From IMG/VR virus record IMGVR_UViG_3300047553_000365, positions 74,656-138,655 of that record: a DNA stretch of 64,000 bases; one strand, written 5' to 3'. The first letter of the stretch is position 1. Every line of letters begins with the position of its first letter. The stretch comes from a virus. This document shows, piece by piece, positions 25,687 to 33,976 of the stretch. The position numbers and the translations under genes were made by a program. Under the pieces are notes generated by a model. It searched no databases. It was not told the origin of the DNA and saw only the letters and a program-made list of their open reading frames with translations.

Positions 25687-27594
25687 TGCTTGTGCATAAG
25701 GACTAGCCCTATAGCCGTCTCTATTATTACCTACTGGAATTCTATTAGTTGAAGAGGATTGATTTTGAACAGGCAATACTATAGGTGGGCCACCGCTAGA
25801 ATTGTTTCCACTAATTCTCTTCAATTCCTTTAAGGATAATGTGCTTATAGTTACTAGGCTTGCCAGTAGCTCGACATTTTTAGATGATAGCTCTTCAAGA
25901 GTATTGATAGGTTTAGATTCTTTTGATATTGCACCAAAGTTTATTTTGCTCGCTTCCTCTGCTTTCTTAGCTTTTGCAGCGTTGGTCGAATTTGGCGATG
26001 ATTTACCTTCACCGAAAAATGAATTCCATGACCAGTCTTGATTAAGCATACTTAAAATACCTGATCCTTTTTTAGCACCATTACTTATTCCAGCCTTTAA
26101 ACTTTTTATAGTTTCTTTAGCGGAATCTACTAGTGTATCTACAAGTCCCTTATGTTCATCTTTTACATCATTCTGTGCATTTTTCAAATATTCGTATGCT
26201 TTGTTTCCTCCCAAGACTTTATCTACAGAACTATAGACCCAATCAGATGCATTATTAATTACCTTTGTAGTTTTCTCTGAAAGATAACCCCAAAAACCCT
26301 TTTTAACTCCATCATCAGATTTTAGAGGTTCTGCGGTCTTTTCCTCTCCACCAAAGAATGAAGTTAGTAAGGAGAATCCTTCCATAGCACCGGGAGCTAA
26401 AAATCTACTCATTCCATTTGCTACAGCCATAAGACCCTCTTTCTTTCTTCCACTCTTAAAGAATTTATTAGCATCTACCATTAACTTAACCCCACTCAAT
26501 AATGGGATTTTGTCGGCATTATCCCACAACCAATCACCTATAGATTTAGCCCATCCCTTAATAGTTTCCCATCCATGTTTTTCAAATGAAACATCTTTTG
26601 GTTTTTCTTTAGGACTTAAGAATCCAACTAAGGTTGCAAACCCTGTGAATATTTGATCGACTCCTATAAATCCAAGAAATGCTCGTCCTAAGTCGATAAG
26701 ACCACCTTTGGTATCGCCAATGGCAAACTTGTATTGTGCATCAGTAAATCTTTTGATCCCTCCAAGAATTGGAAGATACTCTGCTTTAGACCAAATAAAA
26801 TCACCTATATTGGATGCCCATCCTTTAATGGTCCCCCACGCATTCGCATTGCTTAATGATCCACCTTCGTCAAACATTCCCTTTTGTTCAGCATATGCAA
26901 TTAATATATCTGCACCAATAGATAGTATAGGGCCAACGCCCGGAATTAGATTTAAAAAGGCTGATATTAATTCTGCCACGCCTTTAGCTATATCCCCCTG
27001 CATAAATGCCGTGGCAGCATAGGCAAACCCAACAATAGCACCTACGATTGGGAGTCTTTTCAACACATGTTTTGTAAATCTTTTTAAGAATAATTTGCTT
27101 ACTAGTTTCAACCCTCCCCAAATACCTACTTTACCAATAGTCTTTACCCATCCACCAGCGTTTCCAAACACCCCAAACAACGAGGCTATGATGCCACCAA
27201 TACTGGCAGCGACTAGAGCTAATCCCCCAACAACCATTTTGATAATAGACATAAGAGGACTTCCCTCTTTCTTCTCTTTAGCAAAACTGTATTTTTGTCT
27301 ATCCTTATTGATTTTCTCAACTAAGGTTCTTTCTTTACTATCCCTCTCTTGTGTCTTCTTGTAATCAAAAAAGACCTTAGCAAATATCGAAAATGTTTCA
27401 ACGGCTCTTTTCCTTTCCTTTGGGGAAAGCCTAGATGGTTGAACCTTCTGTCCCCTGTCTAAAGTGGACTTTTCGGACTTGATAACATTCTTATCTACTA
27501 TCAATTCCCCCGAATCAGGAACACCCCTTTCTGATGAAAGCCGCTCTAGCAGCCCCATCATCTTTGATAGAAGGTCAAATGTCTGTTCGTTCAC
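25684..27594 (-). CDS. tape-measure-like protein (gp29-like)
   Basis: Gly/Ala-rich amphipathic helices, hydrophobic segments, internal WETIKGWAKSIGDW repeats; position in the tail module. Confidence 0.65.
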   Translation of the reverse strand: MNEQTFDLLSKMMGLLERLSSERGVPDSGELIVDKNVIKSEKSTLDRGQKVQPSRLSPKERKRAVETFSIFAKVFFDYKKTQERDSKERTLVEKINKDRQKYSFAKEKKEGSPLMSIIKMVVGGLALVAASIGGIIASLFGVFGNAGGWVKTIGKVGIWGGLKLVSKLFLKRFTKHVLKRLPIVGAIVGFAYAATAFMQGDIAKGVAELISAFLNLIPGVGPILSIGADILIAYAEQKGMFDEGGSLSNANAWGTIKGWASNIGDFIWSKAEYLPILGGIKRFTDAQYKFAIGDTKGGLIDLGRAFLGFIGVDQIFTGFATLVGFLSPKEKPKDVSFEKHGWETIKGWAKSIGDWLWDNADKIPLLSGVKLMVDANKFFKSGRKKEGLMAVANGMSRFLAPGAMEGFSLLTSFFGGEEKTAEPLKSDDGVKKGFWGYLSEKTTKVINNASDWVYSSVDKVLGGNKAYEYLKNAQNDVKDEHKGLVDTLVDSAKETIKSLKAGISNGAKKGSGILSMLNQDWSWNSFFGEGKSSPNSTNAAKAKKAEEASKINFGAISKESKPINTLEELSSKNVELLASLVTISTLSLKELKRISGNNSSGGPPIVLPVQNQSSSTNRIPVGNNRDGYRASPYAQA

Positions 27595-27599
27595 ATATA

Positions 27600-27605
27600 T
27601 ATTTA
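27600..27605 (-). promoter_or_regulatory. late promoter
   Basis: TAAATA-5 nt-GTG(27594). Confidence 0.65.
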
Positions 27606-28334
27606 ATCGTTGGTATCAAAGAAGGACACATCAATATCCACGGAATTTCCACTATCATCCGTTAATAGGGTATTTTCAGCACTTTTAATCTTCTGAATAA
27701 AGGCTATGGCCTTTCTATTAACCTCTAATGGTAGGTTTTCAACCACCTTATATCTGTCCTTGACGGGAATCTTATCGAATTCCAGTTCTTCATTACCAAT
27801 GACTAATTTTGATATATATTTAACAATCTCAAAAGTATAGATTTGTCCAATTGACTTACTCACATTATTTTCCTCAACTTTAGTATTATCAATGGAGTAT
27901 TTCAAAATCTTATTTTCTTCACTTATCTTGGGTGTCTCTAAATGAAGGATAACTTCTCCCTTAACTACCTCTGTTTTTGGAGGATTGAATTTAGAGACAT
28001 TATTTAACAGAGATGATATTTTTACCACACCATCTGTTATTACAACATCATCACTAATTGATTCCTGTCTCAACTTTAAAATGATAGGCAATTTATCTGT
28101 AACTAACAAATCTTGATTATCAGTATTTTCCAACACTACATCATTCAAAATCTTTTGAAATTTTAATACTCCAATAAACCCATCTCCAATAGTGCTGATG
28201 ATGTCCTTCTGTTGTTTGAAAGTTAGGTTCTGGCAGCTAATCTCCTTATTTAGAGAGGCAACAAAAACCTTAGTATTCTTCTTATCACCAAGCTCTTGAA
28301 TCTTATCCAAGAAATCTTTAATATTGTTTTCCAT
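27603..28334 (-). CDS. baseplate hub assembly protein (gp26-like)
   Basis: Size, synteny, DRYKVVENLP...FIQKI. Confidence 0.55.
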   Translation of the reverse strand: MENNIKDFLDKIQELGDKKNTKVFVASLNKEISCQNLTFKQQKDIISTIGDGFIGVLKFQKILNDVVLENTDNQDLLVTDKLPIILKLRQESISDDVVITDGVVKISSLLNNVSKFNPPKTEVVKGEVILHLETPKISEENKILKYSIDNTKVEENNVSKSIGQIYTFEIVKYISKLVIGNEELEFDKIPVKDRYKVVENLPLEVNRKAIAFIQKIKSAENTLLTDDSGNSVDIDVSFFDTND

Positions 28335-28339
28335 GATTG

Positions 28340-28345
28340 TATTTA
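28340..28345 (-). promoter_or_regulatory. late promoter
   Basis: TAAATA-5 nt-ATG(28334). Confidence 0.65.
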
Positions 28346-28355
28346 GAATGGCGGG

Positions 28356-29081
28356 TTATAATTTCAAGTGGTTATTTTTGGTTTCAATTTCGGAAGTAAG
28401 CTTCTTTGTGTAATAGTCAATATCCTGTAATGTGCTGTTCATCAACACGTTACCATCTATCTTCTCTGATAAGTGATATATAACATCTCTGAAATAGTCC
28501 TCTCCATATGAGGAAAATAGCCTTCTAAGAAAGACCACCGAATCTACTGTTAAGAAATTTAATTTAATATCTGCAAATAAAAGATCATCAAAGGATAATA
28601 TCTTATCCTTATATTCAGAAATATGTTTAATTATAACATTATATAATTTTGGAGGAAGACTGTCAAGTATAATTTGTTTATCCTCTTCCTTAAGTTTATC
28701 TATATTGATAACAGTATTATGAATACTTATAGTTCGAATAATATCATAAATAGGTATGACATCAGAGATCTTAAATTTTTTTGGTATGCTTAATTCTACC
28801 TTGTAAGGATCGAATGATACAAACATCGGTTCATTAATATCAGTTGTCTTCAACTGATCCATTATATAAGATACATTCATCTTAATGTCCTTACCATCTC
28901 TATTAAAATTCATAGTTGGAGAAACATCGATATTCCAACAATTCAATATGTTCATGAATTTGTCATATGTAGTGTCTCCTCCAAAACTATTAATATACTC
29001 TAGAAAAAAACTATCGTTTCCTTTAACGAGTTGTTCTGTAATTGTTTGAAGATCCTTAAATGTTATTTTATTTTTAGTCAT
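28356..29081 (-). CDS. putative baseplate hub assembly protein
   Basis: Synteny only. Confidence 0.4.
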   Translation of the reverse strand: MTKNKITFKDLQTITEQLVKGNDSFFLEYINSFGGDTTYDKFMNILNCWNIDVSPTMNFNRDGKDIKMNVSYIMDQLKTTDINEPMFVSFDPYKVELSIPKKFKISDVIPIYDIIRTISIHNTVINIDKLKEEDKQIILDSLPPKLYNVIIKHISEYKDKILSFDDLLFADIKLNFLTVDSVVFLRRLFSSYGEDYFRDVIYHLSEKIDGNVLMNSTLQDIDYYTKKLTSEIETKNNHLKL

Positions 29082-29713
29082 TACACTAAGAAGTTAGGTA
29101 AACTATAATCCATCTGCTCGTAATTTTCACATGCAAATGTTACAGACTTCACTCTGAAATCTGTGGAATCATAGTTCATGGTATATCCCTCAACTGCTGT
29201 GGGAAATACTTTGTTAAACTTAAATCCTTTTAAGAATATTCCTTGGTTACTATAACACTTAACATTTATAGTAGCTTTGAGATTTGGTCCTGATTCAATG
29301 AGTCCTTTAATACCTATAGCAATGGCCCAAGGTCTAAAGAAGTTGTGTTCAATATCCACAGTGGTTTCTAAAAAATTAATAGAAAATGATCTGTCTAAAA
29401 AGTTACTTCTAGATGTAAGACCATATCCCGGTAGAAAGCCCCCCATGGCTCCTCCTGTTTCTGTAGCCGCAAAGGATGAGGTTTCTTGGGGTAATGCTAC
29501 CTCCTGTGCCACTAGCAGGTTCTTACTTCCTGTCATGTTTCTAGGAGTGGCAAGGTCTGATGCTCTCCACTTCTCTCCAGCATTGGCTAAAACATTATTA
29601 ATAGAATCTGCTTCCACTCCATCAATAGTAACTGCCCAAAGGACAGGAAGGTTCATGAAGAACCTTGGATCATACGAGAAAGCGTATAGAAATTCTTTGA
29701 TGTTGAGTATCAT
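29081..29713 (-). CDS. tail-tube-like protein (gp19/gp54 family)
   Basis: FSINFLET, FPTAV, SVTFACENY. Confidence 0.6.
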   Translation of the reverse strand: MILNIKEFLYAFSYDPRFFMNLPVLWAVTIDGVEADSINNVLANAGEKWRASDLATPRNMTGSKNLLVAQEVALPQETSSFAATETGGAMGGFLPGYGLTSRSNFLDRSFSINFLETTVDIEHNFFRPWAIAIGIKGLIESGPNLKATINVKCYSNQGIFLKGFKFNKVFPTAVEGYTMNYDSTDFRVKSVTFACENYEQMDYSLPNFLV

Positions 29714-29718
29714 AAAAT

Positions 29719-29724
29719 TATTTA
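29719..29724 (-). promoter_or_regulatory. late promoter
   Basis: TAAATA-5 nt-ATG(29713). Confidence 0.65.
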
Positions 29725-29736
29725 CCGTAGTAAACG

Positions 29737-29766
29737 AAAAATCCTAGCTTTTTAGGGCTAGGATTT
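29737..29766 (-). terminator. rho-independent terminator after the tail tube gene
   Basis: Perfect 10-bp stem AAATCCTAGC/GCTAGGATTT, 8-nt loop, followed by a U run on the minus strand. Confidence 0.75.
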
Positions 29767-29786
29767 CGAAAATATGTTATATCATA

Positions 29787-30353
29787 TTAGCTTGAGAAGT
29801 TCTCATACCAGTGGTAGGAGAAGGTGCAAGGAATGGATAGAACCTCACCTGTACCATCTGCGATCTGATATGCTACTTCTCCAATGTCTCTAATTGAAAC
29901 ACCTACTAGTTTGATTTGTTCGATAACATCTAAACCTTGACCACCTTCATTATTTTGTCCGCAAGGAACTGATAACACATCTAGAATGATGTAGTGTTGT
30001 GGTCCGGGCATACACATTTGACCAGTAGTTGTGTCGTTGTCGAATGCTGCTCTGGATGCTTTTTCAAGTTTCTTACGAAGATGTAAATCTTGTGTGTGAT
30101 AGAACTCAATAGAGTATGCTTCAGAACCGGGATAAGTTGACTTACCATTAAGGTTGAATTGTTGACCAGAATAGTTAACAATCTTATTCTCGATATTTCT
30201 ACCGGGAATGGATGCTGTTTTCGCAAACACCAGTTCATCTTCACCATTCAATGAAAGACCCGGAAGTTCGATTTGTTTAACTCTCATGAAGAAGTCCCTT
30301 TGGAACTGTCTCTGAGATGCTAAGTTGAAGAATGTATTAATTGTAGCGGGCAT
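29787..30353 (-). CDS. gp19: tail tube protein (T4 gp19-like)
   Basis: KTASIPG, IEFYHTQDL.LRKKLE, IPCTFSYHWYE; adjacent to the sheath gene. Confidence 0.8.
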   Translation of the reverse strand: MPATINTFFNLASQRQFQRDFFMRVKQIELPGLSLNGEDELVFAKTASIPGRNIENKIVNYSGQQFNLNGKSTYPGSEAYSIEFYHTQDLHLRKKLEKASRAAFDNDTTTGQMCMPGPQHYIILDVLSVPCGQNNEGGQGLDVIEQIKLVGVSIRDIGEVAYQIADGTGEVLSIPCTFSYHWYENFSS

Positions 30354-30358
30354 ATTAT

Positions 30359-30364
30359 TATTTA
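30359..30364 (-). promoter_or_regulatory. late promoter
   Basis: TAAATA-5 nt-ATG(30353). Confidence 0.65.
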
Positions 30365-30378
30365 TCTATAATGTTAAA

Positions 30379-32682
30379 TTATCCTCCAATTAACTCTTGG
30401 AAATTAGCATCTGTTCTAGTTGCAATGAAGGTTACGAGGATATACTCAGCAGTTCTCACTGGCTTGATGTAGATATCTGCTCTCATTTCATTGTTATCGA
30501 TAACTTCTCCTGTGTTGTTTCTTTCGTCACAGACAATCACATAGTCGTAGATACCACCATTGTTCTTCGCATATTCAAAGAGTGGTGTCAGAGTGTTTAC
30601 GAATCTTGTTCTTGTAAACTCAGTGTTAGGTTCGAAGACAAAGAACTTAGATGCTTTCTTAGTTGGTCTTTCCAATGCTAGGAATGCTCTACGAACATTG
30701 ATTCTGTCGAATGCACTTGGTTTTCTACTCATGGTCTTTTGACCGAAGATTGCCATACCTTGTGATGGAGAGAAGAGAACAGGGTTTAGATTGCTCTTAT
30801 ACAGTTCGTCTCTTTGCTTTTGGTTAGGAGTGATTGCAATGTTGATTACATTACCACTCACCAATCCTCTTGTGTAACCTGCTGGTGCAGACCAAGGGAA
30901 TTCAGCGGCATCTGTTCTAGCATATGCAGCAGCAGCCACAGGGGAGAATGGAACCCAGATTCTGTCTCCTAAGAAGTCATCATAAACTTGCGCCCAGTTT
31001 GCATAAACTGCTGCATAGGATGTATTCTCAAGTTCGAATTGGTGTCTCATTGCCCAATACACATCTGTTTGGAAGTTCTTAGTGCGATCCGATAGAATCT
31101 TACTATCCTTACCAGTCACCATAATGTGTCTGATTGGGTCTGCAATAAAGATACAGTCACCACGACCACCAGTGTTGGATGGAAGGTTACAGAAGTTTTC
31201 AAACTTGTTGAAGATTGTGCTGTAGTTAGCTCTCACAGTTTCACCAGAAGCACCAAGATCATTTGATGTTCTCAGAGATGCCATTGCACCGCTGATTGCT
31301 GCATTATACAGAGTGTCATCGTAGTAGGTTGTTCCTGCTGCTTGAGTGATGGTGTAGATGGTTCCAAGACCAGCTTCCACCACAACGTCAATGTCGTAGA
31401 TTTCATCGTTCTTAACCAATTCAAGAACTCTATCAATCTTATCGGGAATCGAACCAAGATCCTTAGAACTGATTTGACCAGATGAGTAAGCACCTACTGG
31501 ATATAGATTATCAGCCAATCCTAGAGTGCTGTAGAGTGTTCCATAACCACCACTATCGATACCTGTTGCATCTAGGGATGCGGCAGATAGAGTAGTTGTA
31601 AGAACTCTAACTTTTCTGGTAGGTAGTCCATCAACACCAACCGCAGTAGTTGAATACTTGTTGGAGATGTATGGGTTTACCAGAACTTCAATGTTGTTGT
31701 TTTCGGAGTCTCTGCTTTCTAAGAAGAACGAGACAGGAGAACCACCGCTTTGATTTGGAATGGTTCTGAAGGTATCAATAGATCCAACAACACCACTATC
31801 CAGAATGTAATCCAGTTTGTAGGATTCTGTAGCATACAGACTCTTACGAAGTTTGAACACCCCGATGTTAAGAAGATCATCATCTTCTCTACCGTCAATG
31901 TTGTAGTTGGTTAGGTTCTCCATGATTTCGGAGATGCTTCCAGAAGTTCCACTTCCAGTTGCGGTTAAGCTGAACTGTAGAGTTCCCAGAGGAATGTCAG
32001 TAAAGCTTGAAGTAAATGTGGCAGACACGCTTACCGACTTGGCTCCAATGATCGCATCATAGTCAGATGATGGATTGATGTTGGAGTTGTCAGCAATGGC
32101 AACATAATAGCCTTCAAATTGGCTATTGATAGTTGTTTGAGCCTTGTTAAGAATGATAAGACCAGCTTTACCCAATTCAGAGAATGCGGAAAGTTGGCTT
32201 CTGTTACAACCCGATTGACTCCATGTGAATAGAGAACCTTCTTTAATTTGAAGGTATTGTGTTTCGCTAAGAGTTACTTGAACAGGCGCACCAAGAACAA
32301 TAGTAGAATCCGCAGTAGTAAGGTCTACCTTAACAGCGGAAAGAGCGGTATCATAAGCTTTTGCTGGATACACAAGAGCGGAGTATTCTGATCCGAATCC
32401 TACACCTGAACCACTACCATAAGGAAGTCTTGCAGTATAGATATGAGCATTGGAATTTAACAATTCCTTAACACCATGATAAAAGTATCTTTCAGCACTA
32501 TTGGTAGGTGTGCCGTAGATTTGGTCCAACTCTGCTTTGGAAGAAATTTTAATAATCTCATCGGTATAGCCTTGTGGCGCATATCCTGCGATGAATACAT
32601 TTGTTCCTACATTTGGTTGGGCGATAAGAGACACATCCTTTTCGAAAATCTCGACACCCGGAGATAAAATTGATCTTTGCAT
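30379..32682 (-). CDS. gp18: tail sheath protein (T4 gp18-like)
   Basis: SPGVEIFEKD, PWSAPAGYTRG, FGQKT, AFDRINVRR, FVFEPNTEFTR, IYIKPVRTAEYI. Confidence 0.95.
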   Translation of the reverse strand: MQRSILSPGVEIFEKDVSLIAQPNVGTNVFIAGYAPQGYTDEIIKISSKAELDQIYGTPTNSAERYFYHGVKELLNSNAHIYTARLPYGSGSGVGFGSEYSALVYPAKAYDTALSAVKVDLTTADSTIVLGAPVQVTLSETQYLQIKEGSLFTWSQSGCNRSQLSAFSELGKAGLIILNKAQTTINSQFEGYYVAIADNSNINPSSDYDAIIGAKSVSVSATFTSSFTDIPLGTLQFSLTATGSGTSGSISEIMENLTNYNIDGREDDDLLNIGVFKLRKSLYATESYKLDYILDSGVVGSIDTFRTIPNQSGGSPVSFFLESRDSENNNIEVLVNPYISNKYSTTAVGVDGLPTRKVRVLTTTLSAASLDATGIDSGGYGTLYSTLGLADNLYPVGAYSSGQISSKDLGSIPDKIDRVLELVKNDEIYDIDVVVEAGLGTIYTITQAAGTTYYDDTLYNAAISGAMASLRTSNDLGASGETVRANYSTIFNKFENFCNLPSNTGGRGDCIFIADPIRHIMVTGKDSKILSDRTKNFQTDVYWAMRHQFELENTSYAAVYANWAQVYDDFLGDRIWVPFSPVAAAAYARTDAAEFPWSAPAGYTRGLVSGNVINIAITPNQKQRDELYKSNLNPVLFSPSQGMAIFGQKTMSRKPSAFDRINVRRAFLALERPTKKASKFFVFEPNTEFTRTRFVNTLTPLFEYAKNNGGIYDYVIVCDERNNTGEVIDNNEMRADIYIKPVRTAEYILVTFIATRTDANFQELIGG

Positions 32683-32687
32683 ACCTT

Positions 32688-32693
32688 TATTTA
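32688..32693 (-). promoter_or_regulatory. late promoter
   Basis: TAAATA-5 nt-ATG(32682). Confidence 0.65.
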
Positions 32694-32721
32694 GCCTTTT
32701 TCGAACATAAATTTGGTAAAT

Positions 32722-33303
32722 TTATATTTCATTTAGTATTTCGACATGCATTTGGGAAAATAAGAAGGTAAATCCTGACACAAGTTCCACCCCTTCGGTC
32801 CCCTTTTGGTCATATTCTATAGGATCTAGGCTGGTTGGAAAGGCTTTCACATACTTAAAATGGATGCGTTTTTTGCCAAATTCGTCAAGTCCATAAACCG
32901 ACAAATCTATCATATAATCATTAAAGTTGGCATCGTCTGGTTTAAGTCCTGCCTGATTGTAAACACCTGTTTTATGGTCATGTAGTAAGTTAAGCCAAGA
33001 CCAAATAGTAAAATAATTGTTATACATAGAATCAATGACAAATTTTATGTTAACGGGGGGAGGAGTGTCCTTACTAAATGACGATATGTAAAGAGAGGAA
33101 CCTGCAAATCGGGTTTCGACCCCCTTCACGGTAATTTCTGGTATAACTGTGCCGAAAACTGAGAACTGAACACTATCAGGAATGACTGTCTTATTGTTTC
33201 GGTTATATTTTGCAGCAATTGGCTTCAAAATTGGCGGAAGGTCAAAGACAAGTATAAACTTGTCCTGACGGGCCTTATTGAGATACGACTGCTGAATGTC
33301 CAT
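32722..33303 (-). CDS. tail tube terminator (T4 gp3-like)
   Basis: FVIDSMYNNYFTIWSWL, AFPTSL, FTFLFSQM. Confidence 0.7.
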   Translation of the reverse strand: MDIQQSYLNKARQDKFILVFDLPPILKPIAAKYNRNNKTVIPDSVQFSVFGTVIPEITVKGVETRFAGSSLYISSFSKDTPPPVNIKFVIDSMYNNYFTIWSWLNLLHDHKTGVYNQAGLKPDDANFNDYMIDLSVYGLDEFGKKRIHFKYVKAFPTSLDPIEYDQKGTEGVELVSGFTFLFSQMHVEILNEI

Positions 33304-33308
33304 GATAG

Positions 33309-33314
33309 TATTTA
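33309..33314 (-). promoter_or_regulatory. late promoter
   Basis: TAAATA-5 nt-ATG(33303). Confidence 0.65.
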
Positions 33315-33331
33315 ACTAGCTATTAACTTTC

Positions 33332-33952
33332 TTATCGGATTTTCATTAATGTTAGTTTGGACTCACCTAGGTCAATTTCCACCATGATTTTAATACCCAC
33401 CGTATTTAGTCTTGAGCTTCTTCTACCAGAGTAGATTCTTAGGGTATCCTGAAGACCATCAAAAGTCATGTAAGTATAACCTGCCGCTTTGACTTTTTCG
33501 ATAAACTTTGGTAATAGTTTTCCTATACCTATTCTATTTTCCTTATTAATAACAAAATTAGCAGTGTAGAACGTGTTTTCGGGTGTTAGGGTATTTTCGA
33601 TTCCATTTTGTAACAATGTTTCTTTAAACCCTTGGTCATAAAATTGAGCATTGTTGAAGTCGCCTTCATCCAGAGAATCAAGTTCATCATCTGCTCCCAG
33701 AGAATTTCCGTATATGTAACCCACAATTCTTTCATGGTCATCAAACAATCCAAGCCCTATATAGCCCTCCAGATTATAATCATGTAACAAATCGTATTGG
33801 GATGACACATAATAGGTAAAATTCTTTCTTTCTATCTCTGCCATGTCTCCCACATACTGTCTAATGTCCACTTCTTTCAAATCCTTAACATAGGATTCTT
33901 TTAGAATGTTGGAGTTATAAAACTCCGAAAATGATCTAATGTGGTCACTCAT
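33332..33952 (-). CDS. putative head-packaged protein, possible GNAT fold
   Basis: N-terminal IRSFSEF...LKES; IVGYIYG, FVINKENR.GIGKLL.KFIEKVKAAGY. Confidence 0.45.
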   Translation of the reverse strand: MSDHIRSFSEFYNSNILKESYVKDLKEVDIRQYVGDMAEIERKNFTYYVSSQYDLLHDYNLEGYIGLGLFDDHERIVGYIYGNSLGADDELDSLDEGDFNNAQFYDQGFKETLLQNGIENTLTPENTFYTANFVINKENRIGIGKLLPKFIEKVKAAGYTYMTFDGLQDTLRIYSGRRSSRLNTVGIKIMVEIDLGESKLTLMKIR

Positions 33953-33959
33953 ACTCAAT

Positions 33960-33965
33960 TATTTA
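33960..33965 (-). promoter_or_regulatory. late promoter
   Basis: TAAATA-7 nt-ATG(33952). Confidence 0.55.
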
Positions 33966-33976
33966 CCAAAAATCTA

